A DNA stretch of 64,000 nt from Octopus bimaculoides (Eukaryota): positions 112,539,951 to 112,603,950 of the forward strand of contig NC_068983.1 in the NCBI RefSeq assembly GCF_001194135.2, read 5' to 3'. The notes under the pieces are model-generated. The model was given only the letters and a program-made list of their open reading frames with translations, did no database searches and was not told the DNA's origin. This document shows positions 26,376 to 39,790 of this stretch, piece by piece. Position 1 is the stretch's first letter. Each line of letters begins with the position of its first letter. Both the position numbers and the translations under genes were made by a program.

Positions 26376-27119
26376 CATACAAACCTAATTTAATTTAATA
26401 TTGTTTCAAATGCACTCACTGAGTTTAAATTGATATTTTCTTTTTAAAATATATATTATTTAAAAATTCACCAATACCAATTTATGTGTTTTAGTTTTGT
26501 ACATGTTCATCTCCTCTGTAAAAAAAAAAAAAAAAAACCCCAGAAGATGCTTCAGTTAGTGGAAAATTCAAATACTCATGAACTTTCACATCAGCAAGCT
26601 TTTAATCAGATTTCTTACTAAATCATTTTCACTCACTTTTTACTTTTTCCCCCATACCTAATTGAGACAGTTCTAATAACAGATCATATCGCAACAAGGT
26701 ACCAAACAGCAGTAAATTATTTTTCATGGCAAATAATTCGACATTCTACTCCAGCTAGGTGATACTAAATTATGTAAAGCACTTCTGAACATTAGTGAGG
26801 AGAAAGGATTTTCCTGAATGTTCTTAATACAGCAGTATAATCACTTAAAACTATGTTTGGTGTTCTGTGGAAGTTTATAGATGTATTTAGTGAAGTAAAT
26901 GTATGTCTCAAAACTTTTTTTTTTTTAAACTCTGTACAAAGACAGTATTGTATTCTAATTACCATAAAGTAATTTTAAAGAAAATATGTCAGGCAGGAGA
27001 ATTCAAGAACAAAAAATTTGTTTGGATATGAAGATATTAACTTTATATGTTATTATAAATGACAGATTGAGAAAAGTTATAACAAACCAGTTTTGTTTCT
27101 AAAGAAGAGGGAAGGCTTT

Positions 27120-27305
27120 GCTGTTGTTATTTTTGTTTTGCCCCAGATCACCCTTCACCAAACAAACTTATGACCAAAGTCGTGATCACATTGTCTTTCT
27201 CTAGGATTATAATATCAAATATATATTTTTCCTTTATTTTAAGATGGCAGGGTGTGATTTGAGGGAGATTTGGCTGCTATGTCTGACAGGTCATGAGATT
27301 ATCAA
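27120..27305 (-). mobile_element. Interspersed repeat family G fragment
   Basis: Reverse complement of 32360-32520 (gaaatagc.gtcagat.tccctcaaatc.caccct.ccatcttaaa); another piece at about 59745. Confidence 0.55.
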
Positions 27306-27749
27306 GAAGCTTTATTGGCACATGGATGGAAAGCTGTCTTTTTTAAGTGCTATTTATTTCTCTTCTTGAATGAAATAAGTAAACAAGATATTAATTATTT
27401 ATAAAATATGGACTAGTATCAATCCAACAATATATAGTAATTAGGAAAAAAAGTATTTTGGGAGTTTCACCATCATTATACAAAGTGCAGTATGTAAATC
27501 AGAGAATGCATCATTAGATTTAAAGAGGTATCTATTTATTAAAAACCAAAACAAAATAGAAAACCTAATTAATACTTATGATGTTAATGGATTAATGGAT
27601 GAGAAACAAACACATAAAGCCACAAATGAAAATTAACTCATCAGTTAAAAGGTTTAGCTTAATGCATATTAACAAAATAATAGAATTAAGAAGGGTTAAT
27701 TCTCCACCTACAGTGAGTGCTCAGATATCTGAAAAGATATAAATACATG

Positions 27750-28153
27750 TGACTGTGTGGTAAGAAGTTTGCTTCACAACCACATGGTTCTGAGTTCAGT
27801 TCCACTATGTGGCAACTTGAGCAAGTGTCTTCTACTTTAGCCCAGGGTTGACCAAAGTCTTATGAGTGGATTTGGTAGATGGAAGCTAAAAGAAACCTGT
27901 CGTATATATATCCGCTTACGTTTTGGTATCACGCTATATTTCACGTTGAGAACAATTTAGGTCTTATTAGACACAAGATGTGATCTATTTCTAGCACATT
28001 GAATGTCCACGTTAGTGGTCAACGTCATATATAAAAATGTACTTTAATCCCCTGAGATTGCAGATACTGTTTCTGAATCTTTTTGATTCTTTAAATGTGC
28101 TAGCTTCCTGGTAATTAATCGATATTAATTAATATATGATTTTTTACCCTATT

Positions 28154-28187
<34 letters not shown>

Positions 28188-28430
28188 GCATTTATATATG
28201 AGTGTCTTTATATCTGTATTAGTTCCTCACCATTCACCATTGCTTGATAACAAGTGTTGGTGTGTTTACATTCTCATAACTTAGCAGCCTGGCAAAAGAG
28301 ACTGATTTTAAAAAAGTGTTTTTTTTTTGTTTTTTTTATAAATACTGGGGTTGATTTGTTTGACTAAAAATTCTTCAAGACTGTGCTCCAGCTTGATCGC
28401 AGTCTAATGACTGAAACTAGTTAAAGATAG
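27750..28430 (+). mobile_element. SINE family B copy split by a ~260-bp insertion in its TA tract
   Basis: Head at 27750-27910 and tail at 28190-28430 match the 14972-15380 copy. Unrelated sequence lies at about 27911-28160. Confidence 0.6.
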
Positions 28431-28629
28431 AAGAGAAACAATATTCTAGATTGCATTTCAGAAAGTTGCCCGCTGGATTAACATATTCACTCACCAACAT
28501 TATAATACTGATCTATTGTCTTGATGTCTCTGCCCTCCTTTTAAAACATTGGTGCTTTCTAACTAGAACTTAATACGTAAACCTCTATTTTCACCTAACT
28601 CAATATCATTTATTGTTTATTTTTTCTTG

Positions 28630-28860
28630 GTTACAGTCAATAGACTTCGGTCATGCTGGAGCATTACCTTGAAGAATTTTTAGTCAAATGCATCGACACC
28701 TATACTTGTGTTTTGATAAGCCAGGTGCTTATTCTATCAGTTTATTTTTTCCAAACTGCTAAGTTACAGCGACATCAGCTCACCAGCACCAATTGTGAAG
28801 TGGTGGTGGGATGGGGGTAGTGGCAAACACAGACACAAAGACATGCACATGCACACACAC
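28630..28860 (-). mobile_element. SINE family B 3' half
   Basis: cagtcaatagacttcggtcatgctggagc...gctaagttacagcgac matches 14990-15170. Confidence 0.65.
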
Positions 28861-28872
28861 ATACACATTTAC

Positions 28873-28923
<51 letters not shown>

Positions 28924-28939
28924 TAAAAATATCTATGTA

Positions 28940-29225
28940 TGCCAGTGCCACCTGATTGGCTACATGCTGGTGGCACGTAAATAGCACCATTCAAGTATGG
29001 TTGGTGCCAGTGCTGGCTGACTGGCTTCTGTACTGGTGCCATGTAAAAAGTACCCACTACACTCTCAGAGTGGTTGGCATTAGGAAGGGCATCCAGCTGC
29101 AGAAAACTTGTCAGATCAGATTGGATCCTGGTGCAGCCTCCTGGCTTGCCAGTCCTCTGTTAAACCGTCCACTCCATGCCTGCATAGAAAGCAGACATTA
29201 AACAATTATGATGATGATGATGATG
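28940..29225 (+). mobile_element. SINE-like family A copy
   Basis: aaaagtacccactacactctcagagtggttggcattaggaagggcatccagc...cattaaacaattatgatgatg. Confidence 0.8.
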
Positions 29226-29229
29226 ATAT

Positions 29230-29400
29230 ATATACAATGGGCTTCTTTCAGTTTCTGTCTACCAAATTCTCTCACAAGGGTTTGGTCAGCCCAAGGCTAT
29301 ACTAGAAGACACTTGTCAAAGGTGCCATGCAGTGGGGCTGAACCCAGAGCCATGTGGTAGGAAGCAAGCTTCTTACCACACAGCCATGCCTGTGCCTGTA
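29230..29400 (-). mobile_element. SINE family B head
   Basis: gggcttctttcagtttctgtctaccaaatt...gcaagcttcttaccacacagcc. Confidence 0.75.
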
Positions 29401-29718
29401 TATTCATCACTTTTTTGTCTCTCACTTCAATACACTTCTTTATTTGTGCTAAAATTGTCCTCGCTAAAGCTAATATTTTTATTACTATTAGACAGCTATA
29501 TGAACTCTATCATTGCACCAGTTTTTCACTGAACCAATTTTTTTTACTGCACCAGTTAATCTTTTGCTGAAATCCAAACACTAGCTTGTCTAATTTCATA
29601 CATTTCTCATCCTCATTCTTATGTATCCCATTTGTGATCATTGTTCCATTCTAAATCCTACAGTGCATCTGAGTAAACTCTACAACTTTGTAACATTATC
29701 AAATTCCCAAACCAAGCA

Positions 29719-29719
<1 letters not shown>

Positions 29720-29802
<83 letters not shown>

Positions 29803-29822
29803 CACACACACACACACACACA
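29720..29822. repeat. (CA)n microsatellite, about 50 units
   Basis: Directly visible. Confidence 0.95.
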
Positions 29823-31292
29823 GAATGAAAATGAATGATTTCGTCCAGTCTATTCATCATCATAACAATCAATGTATGACAAAAAGAAATCAATAAATCA
29901 ATACATAAGTTGCACAATAAAAGGCACAAACTGATTAGAAATTTCACAGATTTTCCTTCACTGATATCGAGTATTTGTTTTGCCTCAATGTTTTATTTGT
30001 GTATTTGTGTTATGATATATTAGAAGAACTTTTATGACTGCCCATAAACTTTTGTATTTACACCTAACAGATTACAAATATTCAGAAATATTACCAGAAC
30101 GCAATAACAAAATAAATTTATTATATACCATGGAAAGAGTTTTGAGTTGGTAGAAACAGTAAAGCCAAGACTTACAATATAATATTGTAGAAGAACAGCC
30201 AGTCATCATTCATGAATGAAAATTGCTTGGTAACATTTCCTATGATCTCCCTAATTGCTTCAAGTGTCTATTGTAGTCATGAATGGACACAGATCCTCTC
30301 TCAGACCTATTCTTCTCTTGATTTAGTTGTATATCCAGGATGTGGCAGCTAGTGGGAGAGGGGACTACAGCAGCACCTGGAAGAAATTCATTGGTACTGA
30401 AAAGATTGGAGCATGTGAAATGAAGTACCCTGATCAAGAACACAGTACCCCGCCAAATTAAGAAATTGATACCCTAACCACTTGGCCATGTGCTTTCACT
30501 AACAAAATATTGTAAGGTATTAAACATTACCATACACTATTCAGTTTCTTCTCATTCTGTTCTGAATTTATATTCCATTGGAATTGACATTGCTTTACAT
30601 ATCTCCAGATTTTATGAAATTAGCATTCATAAATTACTAAACATAAGCTTGATTCTAGTGAAGTACTAATAGTGAATTTTGCCCTCTCAGAATAAACATT
30701 GATCTTCCGTCAAATCCAACAGTTTTTATGTTATTCTATTGTCAGGTTTATCTCATAATATTGGAAATTGTCATATTTTAGGATAAATCATAGCTGGTCT
30801 GAGATCACACTGAATTCTATACTAATCTGATTTAACATTTACCATGGATCTCTAATATTCATCTCAATATTTTTGATGTTTACATGAAAGAAATATATTT
30901 ATATATTTGCGTCATCTGTCATATTATTAATATCCATCTTAGATAGTCCTTTCTTTAATCTATTAGATGTGAACCTTACCATCTTCTGGGATGAAAAATT
31001 CATCTATCTTCTTTGGTGACTACTTGGCTGTGGTATTACACCTATCAACATTCACACTTTCTTTGAATATAAAATCGTTCTTTCAACTGATTCATGCATT
31101 GAGATTTAATGATGAATCAGTTCAACTCGACAACAGATATTAGCGAAGATAGTTTTCTGAAACTCTACTATCTGGATCTCAAATATAATGTATATCAGTT
31201 TTAGCATTGTGCTCTATGTTACTTTTATTTCCCATTTAACAAATTCTACTCAGAAAATATGTGCACCTTTGTCTTCTATCAAAACCTTGAAT

Positions 31293-31618
31293 CAGAGGTT
31301 CTCAAACATTTTGGGCCACTGCCCCACTCATAGCCACATAATACCCTCAGTGCCCCCACCCCTATTTATGTAAAAATAAATATTTTATATTTTATTAATT
31401 TATATATACTGTGAATCATTTGTTATCTAATATAATATTGTATAATTTGTATACAATACTATAATAATATAATAAATTCATAGCATCCCCCAATTCACTG
31501 CCTTCCTCCCAATGCCTCCTTTTTCTCTACTGCCCCCGCCCACCCCCTTAGGAACCAGCACCCAGCTGGACCATCTCAACACCCACCAGAGTGGTAGCAC
31601 CCACTTTGAGAACCTATG
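31293..31618. mobile_element. hAT-type MITE, 326 bp
   Basis: Terminal inverted repeats cagaggttctcaaa / tttgagaacctatg and a perfect 8-bp TSD ccttgaat at 31285-31292 and 31619-31626. Confidence 0.9.
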
Positions 31619-31693
31619 CCTTGAATTGACCAATGTCTAGAGAGAAAACTTTCACAAATAGAACCTACATAATCATTTAAAAAACACCGATTA

Positions 31694-31860
31694 CACTCTC
31701 AGAGTGGTTGGCATTAGGAAGGGCATCCAGCTGTAGAAACCATGCCAAATTAAACTGGAACTTAGTGCAGCTCTTCGGCTTACCAGTCCTACTCGGACCA
31801 TCTAATCCATGCCTGCATGGAAAGTAGATGTTAAATAGTGATGATGATGATGATGATTAT
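31694..31860 (+). mobile_element. SINE-like family A copy
   Basis: tacactctcagagtggttggcattaggaagggcatccagctgtagaaac...gatgttaaatagtgatgatg. Confidence 0.8.
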
Positions 31861-32269
31861 GTTGGTGATGCTATATGTACAGATACATACATATAAATAC
31901 CCACACACGCATGCGTACACACACATACACACATATATTCTACATGCAGAACATAGTTGAATGATGCGCTTAACGTAGTAAGCTTCATAACTCTTTTTAA
32001 GTGATCAAAATTGTATCTGTAATAATAATTCTTGTCAAGAAAGACAGAAAGACAACTTCGAATACTCATTCTTAACTGATCTGAGAATGACATACATACC
32101 AACAAACATACATAGATACTTTGGCAAGAAATCTTGAAATGAAACTGAATTATATCATACAAGCACACGCATATCTACATATACATCACAGTATTGCAAT
32201 ATTGACCAGACTGTTGGATGTTGTAACACACTGCTGGTCACAATGCACTTCCTTGCATTGTTTTGGCTT

Positions 32270-32520
32270 TCAGATGATATCACCTTACTGGCTAGGTGAG
32301 CAGGCCAACTTTTCCCCAGAACAAAACATCAGTCGATTGCAAGATTGGGTGGGCTGTTAGAAATAGCTGTCAGATGTCCCTCAAATCCCACCCTACCATC
32401 TTAAACACAAATGAAATATATTCACTAATGTAATCCTAGAAAAAGATAAGGCAATCATGGCTGAAATGCCTTTGGTCATAAATCTGATTGGTCAGGGTTG
32501 ATCTGGATCAAAACAAAACA
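32270..32520 (+). mobile_element. Interspersed repeat family G copy
   Basis: Matches 27120-27305 in reverse complement. Confidence 0.55.
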
Positions 32521-33829
32521 AAAAAATAACCTTCACTCTTCTTTAGAAATGAGTGCAATTTGTTTTGACTTTTCTTAATCTATCATTTGTAATAATATCT
32601 CCGTAGCTAAAGGCTAAATCTCCTTGAGTTCTACACACATACACACACACACACACCATCATTATCATCATCATCAGCATCATACATATATGAGTGTGTA
32701 TGCATGAGAGAGAGATGAAGAGAGAAATATGTGTATGTGCATATGCATGTGTATATCTGGCTTATATATATATATATAGTTATTAAATAAGTAAGCACTG
32801 ATGCGAAAACCAAAATTCCATAGCTTTGAAATAAAAGCACACAGTGTAGTAATTGTTCTGCCAATTTCACATATGTTGCATTGCCACCTTTGCAATTATA
32901 AATGCAGTGAACTGCTTATTGGTATGTTAGAAACCTGTAATCAATGACAAAGTTATTTTCCCAGCATGATATAAAATAAATAAATATATAAATAAATATT
33001 GGCATGGCAAGCGTCCAGAAAGAAATAAAAACTTTTAGTTACATGGATGGAAGGAGCTGCAACACATTAATAGTTAACGAATTTTCTCTCATTAGTAACA
33101 TCAAGTTTATGCTATTTAGTGTCATACAATATTGAGAAATTCCATGTTAATGATCATTGTTAATTCAACATCGTTTCGAACATTTTCTGCCTGCCTCTGC
33201 CAACTTTCCTAAGATAGGGAGATAGGAAAATATTGTTGCAATGTGACACAACATGTTTCTCAACACTGAGCTCTAGCATTTGTCTGATTCAAGTGTTAGC
33301 ATAAGCAGCAGATATTTAAATGAGCTTCATGAGTTCAACTGTAAAATTGGTGCTTGGTTTTGCCCAAATCTCGACACCTTGCAGTGGCTATTCTAGTTTC
33401 TTGCATTTTGAGTTCAAAGTCAACTTGTCAAAGCCAACTTTGCCTTTCATCCTTCCAGGATTAATAGAGTTTCATTAGGACAGTGGTTGGGTGGAACAGT
33501 TAGAGTATCAAACAGGAATATTTATTCTGGCTTTGTTTTCAGAGTTTAAATTCTACTGTAGCATACTTGAGTGACAGACACTGCATTACTCTGTTTAATG
33601 CTACTACCTCACTCTTTAATGTCTTTAGTGGAATCCAATCTGTTGCAAGTATTGAAACAATATCTCTAATTTGAGGACACCTCCCGCTCTAACACCTATC
33701 AGCCTCAAAGACCCTATAAAAGGTCTTGGGCACTGCCTTTCCTCCTGTTTAAACAATAAGAGCAAGAAGAACAAATAGATAAACTGTAAGATGAAACTCT
33801 AATAACAGACAAAGTTAAAGAAAGTATTA

Positions 33830-34994
33830 TCTCTTTGATTTCAATGTGAACAAAGTATCAATACTTCCCTCTTTCTCTTTTATTCTCTCTCTCTCTCTGT
33901 TTTCTCTTTTGCTCTCACACTCTTGAGCAAAATACAAGTGTTCAGTCTTTGCAGTAATTGAATTTTTCCATGGGTGATTCTACATATTCTGTGGAATAAT
34001 TCTTGCCAATGCAGACTATTTCTGGTTTACTCAACTTCCATGTTTTATGCTGTAACTCCTGTAAGTTATTTGCATATCCAATTAATCTCTAAGGTATCCT
34101 GAAATGCCTGAAAAGCCTTTCAGCTCATCAACTCCTGTCAAACCATCCAACCCTTGCCTGCATGGAAAACGGAATTAAATGATGATGATGATGATGATGA
34201 TGATTCGATGAAATCAAAGCCTGATAATATTGCATATTTAGCTATTGATAACTAAAACATAGTATAACTCTAAATGGTTACTTTTCCTGGTGTACTTGTA
34301 AAATATTTATCAAATAATTACTTGTATTAGTATATTCAATTCATGTTATCTAAATATACATACAAAGCTAGGAGTGGGTGGGAGGCTGTAATTGTGTATA
34401 GCATGGAACAGGAAGATTAAATTATGAGGAGGAGGACAACGATGACGACGATGATGACGATGACAACAATAAAGATGATCATGATCATGATGACAGAAAT
34501 TAAGCTGAAAGCTTACGTGAGAGTCAAAAGGTCATTTTTGTTGAAGGTTACCTTGGTCAGGTGAAAGAAGTACTTGAGTCAAAACTGGTGGCCAAAAGGT
34601 TTTTGGCTTTGTGGTGGAGAACCCACTTCTCATTAGGAAGTTGATGTTAGACAACTTGAATATTGACTGGAAGGTGTATGGATTTGAACCCCAAATGCAA
34701 AATTACCTGCTCACTGTTATAAATGAACCACACCATTTTCATGGGAACAACCAAAATATCAACACATCAGCCTGAATCCATGTTGTGAACATCATCTTGA
34801 ATCTTCTTGAGACTCATGTCCTTTTTCACTAGCTAAAATCATTGCAGAGTGTCTCTTTGATTTCAATGTGAACAAAGTATCAATACTTCCCTCTTTCTCT
34901 TTTATTCTCTCTCTCTCTGTTTTCTCTTTTGCTCTCACACTCTTGGGCAAAATACAAGTGTTCAGTCTTTGCAGCAATTGAATTTTTCCATGGG
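33830..34994 (+). repeat. Near-identical ~145-bp direct repeat (33830-33974 and 34852-34994)
   Basis: The copies differ only by one TC unit and two substitutions (ttgagc/ttgggc, gcagta/gcagca). Confidence 0.9.
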
Positions 34995-35599
34995 GAGCTG
35001 AAGGATTCACATATTTCTCACCTCTTGCCAGCCAGAGATTTTGAGATCACCACAGAGATCATACATCTCCCTTCTCACCATAAGCCAGATCAGGGTAGAA
35101 CTCTGTTGGCATTTCAATCTGGACATATACCAGCAAATCAAGAAAAACACTTCAGCATGTTTTGGCAGATTCATATTCTTTTGTCTCTCATTTTCCAAAT
35201 AATTAATGGCTGAGCAAATACAGTTTAGTCAATTCCTACATCTTAGTCTTGTTACCAGTGAGAATTTGATAATTTATGTATGTATGCACTGTTAACCTGC
35301 TTTGAATAAATTTGTTGTTAAATGCCTCTCTCGGTCACCCCTTGTGGAATTTCTTGTTCATTTGTATAATACTATTGTTGACTCATTTATGAGTCTTACC
35401 CAGCGAATGTAATGATAAAAATCTGTGACAACATATTTCATTCTCAATAATGATGAACAGTTCACAAGTCAAAGAACGTAGATAGCTGGTTTATCAAAGA
35501 AAACAATCTCATTAAGTGGATGGCAGCAGTCTATCATTAATAACATTTTTGGAAGTTGTGATTTATTAGAAGTTAAGCTAAGTAAAATTGCTCTTTCAC

Positions 35600-35862
35600 A
35601 CATGCAGGCTTGTCCTTCAAGTGTTGGTGCCACATAAAAAGCACCAGTGCCAGTGATGCATAAATGCACCTGTGTCAGTGGCAGGTAAGAAGCACACAAC
35701 ACACTCTCTTAAGTGGTTAGTGTTAGGAAGAGCATCCAGTCATAGAAATCATGCCACAACAGACTATTGGTGTCTGGACAGCTCCCAGCTGGCCAGCTCC
35801 ATGTCAAACTGTCGAACTCATGCAAGCATGGAAAACGGACATTAAACGATGATGATGATGTT
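35600..35862 (+). mobile_element. SINE-like family A copy
   Basis: ggtgccacataaaaagcacc...ttaggaagagcatccag...ggaaaacggacattaaacgatgatg. Confidence 0.8.
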
Positions 35863-36040
35863 GATGGAACGTGAATTACACAATATATTGCTTTCATGCT
35901 AAGGTACATAGACACATATAAGGGAACCTCTCCATGTCTGGTCAAATTCCTAAAAAAAGTAGGTTAATCTTCTTTAAATCCTATCATACAGTTTACAAAC
36001 AAACAAATAAATAAATAACAAACTAAAGTAATAATTTAAA

Positions 36041-36830
36041 CTAGTAGCTGAGCCCGGTTTCACCCGGTCAGAGAACGACGTGAAGAGAGAAACGAAGACA
36101 TAAAAAAGAGGAAGAAGTGGATACGAAGTGGTGTTTGGGCGACGGATCTCGGTAGGAAAAAAAGAATGTCATGGTGAGTTAGTAAGGAGAGCAAAGCAAA
36201 ACTGGACTTAGGTAGGCTGGCAGGACGATGAAAAAAATTGCGGAGTTGAAATTAGAGCAGTCAAAGTTGCCGTTGTTGGAGTGCCTCTTGTTAGACAACA
36301 TTCTTCGTCCTTCCCTCGGGTGCACAAATAGAAAGACCATGGCGACAGCCAACGTACAGTTGTGCATGTGAGAATACTTGCTCTGTCAGATTCAAACCAA
36401 CCGCTTGCACTGATTGTCCCTGCACCTTGTTGATTGTCATGGGAAAGCAGAGTTTGATGGGAAATTGCATCTGTTTAAACTTGTAGGTCATATCGGAGTG
36501 GATAAGGGACATGGGAGCTATAAGTATGTCTTAGCCAGCAGCCGGTTCATTCAAGATTGTTGCCTACAGAACTCGGGAGCACAATTTTTTTATAGTCATC
36601 TGCGTACTATTGCACATTATTGGAGCATCTAAATTCCTTAGCACCATGATTGGCACGCCAACTTTCAGATGCAGTTCGTGAGCTGGTAGTTCTGCGGGTC
36701 CCCCCTTTTGTCAGATTTGTCATGGGCCGGCCAGTCTATCTCAGATACATGGGAAGCTTGATTAAATTCTTCATCAACACAGAGGAGCCGAAATAAATTT
36801 TTTCAATGTCCAAAGGAAGCCAAATCGCGA
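36041..36830 (-). mobile_element. Helitron 3' portion (PIF1-like helicase C-terminus with an intact terminus)
   Basis: HELHLKVGVPIMVLRNLD...FKQMQFPIKLCFPMTINKVQGQS...EQVFSHAQLYVG...EGRTKNVV. Terminal ccgg-gtgaaa-ccgg hairpin followed by CTAG (36044-36041) and T. Confidence 0.9.
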
Positions 36831-36977
36831 AAGAGGTTGAGAAATGCTGATCTATAACGATGGTTTTTATTTAGGCACATCGTAAAAGTAATTATAATGA
36901 ATTGCTTAATATAAAGAAAAGTATGTTTTTTCAAGCAAATACAGTTAGAAAAAATATTTACCATTTCAAGTCATCAC

Positions 36978-37470
36978 NNNNNNNNNNNNNNNNNNNNNNN
37001 NNNNNNNNNNNNNNNNNNNNNNNNNNNNNNNNNNNNNNNNNNNNNNNNNNNNNNNNNNNNNNNNNNNNNNNNNNNNNNNNNNNNNNNNNNNNNNNNNNNN
37101 NNNNNNNNNNNNNNNNNNNNNNNNNNNNNNNNNNNNNNNNNNNNNNNNNNNNNNNNNNNNNNNNNNNNNNNNNNNNNNNNNNNNNNNNNNNNNNNNNNNN
37201 NNNNNNNNNNNNNNNNNNNNNNNNNNNNNNNNNNNNNNNNNNNNNNNNNNNNNNNNNNNNNNNNNNNNNNNNNNNNNNNNNNNNNNNNNNNNNNNNNNNN
37301 NNNNNNNNNNNNNNNNNNNNNNNNNNNNNNNNNNNNNNNNNNNNNNNNNNNNNNNNNNNNNNNNNNNNNNNNNNNNNNNNNNNNNNNNNNNNNNNNNNNN
37401 NNNNNNNNNNNNNNNNNNNNNNNNNNNNNNNNNNNNNNNNNNNNNNNNNNNNNNNNNNNNNNNNNNNNNN
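36978..37470. other. Assembly gap
   Basis: Run of N. Confidence 1.
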
Positions 37471-37471
37471 N

Positions 37472-37502
<31 letters not shown>

Positions 37503-37754
37503 TAGATAGATAACTTAGAGAATGTACATAACGAACATACAAAATGATGGAGTATTTATGACCAGAAAAGATTTGATCAAAAGCCTACTCATTCAAGCCT
37601 TCCTAGGGTTAAAATGCAACAACTTTAAAAACTTTCATCTTTATACATTTTTATATTAGTAGCATAACGATATTAAGTATGTCAAAGAAAAAAAATCATT
37701 CTCTCAAGAAATAAAGAATAACTAACCATTGTTCTTTTGGTTTATTACACTTTA

Positions 37755-37785
<31 letters not shown>

Positions 37786-38298
37786 TATATGAAAATATTA
37801 GTGAAATAGAATCTAATAATTATGGATAGGTGGGAAGGTTTTTTTTTTTACCAAAAGTAAGAAGAAAAGAAAATATTGAGTAATGTCATACCTAATTTAA
37901 ATAAATAAACATTAAAATGATATCAAGAATATATAAAAAATGGATGAAATTGATATAAAGAAATGAGGAAAATATTTGAAGAATAGAAATGTCTAAGACT
38001 TGACAGTTTGTTAAAGTAAATGCATAAAAGATATGACACAAAAAGATGTGATTGTTTGGTTTGTGTGTGTGTATGTAGTGTACACACATACAACTCAGGA
38101 TTATAAACTTTATCCATGCTCATAAGGATATACACTTGACATATGTAGATGTGCACATTTATGAATACAGATATTAAAAATATGCTTGTGACAAGACGTA
38201 AAACTTATACTTATATGCATATTTCATATGTATATATATATGTTTACATATATATGTGTGCATGTGTGTGTGTACATATATGTATATATGTATATGTG

Positions 38299-38344
<46 letters not shown>

Positions 38345-39705
38345 TAGATAGATAGATAGATAGATTGATAGATACATACATACACGTGTATGTATATATA
38401 TATATATATATACTTATATATATTCATATACAATATACGTATAAAAATCTTTATATATGTACATGCATCTTTCTTTCTATGTGTGTGTGGGTGAACTGAT
38501 ATTACTCACTGAAAGGAAGCAAATTTCTAACACATTCTCCTTTTTCATATTACTTCTAACAAATCTCAGGCAACTTCCCTTCAGTGATAGCCTACATTGT
38601 AAGCTACATGTTTCTCCATGTGAAATGCTGAGTTTTCTCTACACAACAAAAAGATATAAAACATGTAAACAGCTCTGTTGTCTCTATTAGATCACTGGGC
38701 CTACTAAAAAAGAGCAACCAAATTCTCTCATGTCTTACACTTCCATTTTAAAAACAAAGAAAATATATTTTGACCATTGTAATCATTGAGACACAAGAAA
38801 GAGAAAGAATGTTCATAGCTGAAATACTCTTGAACATAGGTGTGTTTAACCATGGTCTGGTTTGGAATAACCAGTCATTATCATCACAATCATCCCTCAA
38901 CAGTTTTGTGTGTAAACCATGCACATGTTTTCTCGGTTACATTCATAATTTGATGAACTGCTTAATCAGCAGACTTTCTCTCAGCCACACTCAAAATCCT
39001 TGTGTCAAATACCCCGAAGTTTACTTTGTCTATTTACACTGTACTAATCAGCAAACATTCTTTGCCAACTCTCCACAACATTGCATCAAATAACCAGAAA
39101 TTTGCTTTGTGTATTTATACTGTACTAAAATAGATTTTGCTCTTCAATCTTTCTGTACTTGCTCAATGTGTGTCAATCTGAATATAAACTGGTATGCTCT
39201 GCCTGCCTAACTCTCAACTCCCAAAACTTGTAATTTATCATTGTTTTCCTCCATAAACACAACTGGAACTTTCTCATTGTCAATGTTTTTGTTCAATCAT
39301 TTTCCTTTGAGAATTTAAATTCAATACAAACAATATTAGCCTCAAAATTAGTTATCATTCTGGCCTTGTGCCAAAGTCTGAAACTAATATTAGTTACCAT
39401 TATCCTGAGTCCAAAGACCCAAAGTGACTTCCAGTTAAAAGTTTTCCATTCTCTTTTTACCATTTAATAAAGGAGGAGAAGGTAGTGCACCTAACAAGTT
39501 CTCTTCTTTTATTTGAAGCTTCCAACACTTGTAGGAAGAAGGAAGTTATCCTTAAACCTGACACCTAACCAAAATGCTTGCAACAGAGTGAGATTTACTA
39601 AACATACTCAAGAACCAGTTGGTAGTGTTCAGTTAGATGATGAATTTAGGTCAATCATTGAGGGACTCTGATCACAAAGATCCAAAATGCTTATTGCAAG
39701 ACATT

Positions 39706-39790
39706 TTACAGTTCTGTCAGTCTTACAGTTCTGCCAGTCTTACAGTTCTGCCAGTCTTACAGTTCTGCCAGTCTTACAGTTCTGCCAGTT
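39706..39790. repeat. 17-bp minisatellite, 5 copies (ttacagttctgccagtc)
   Basis: Directly counted; copy 1 has one substitution and copy 5 ends in t. Confidence 0.9.

Noticed and set aside
34929-35213. Plus-strand 94-aa ORF as a gene
   Set aside because: No recognisable motif and no partner exons; its start lies in the duplicated block. Kept only as part of the duplication finding.
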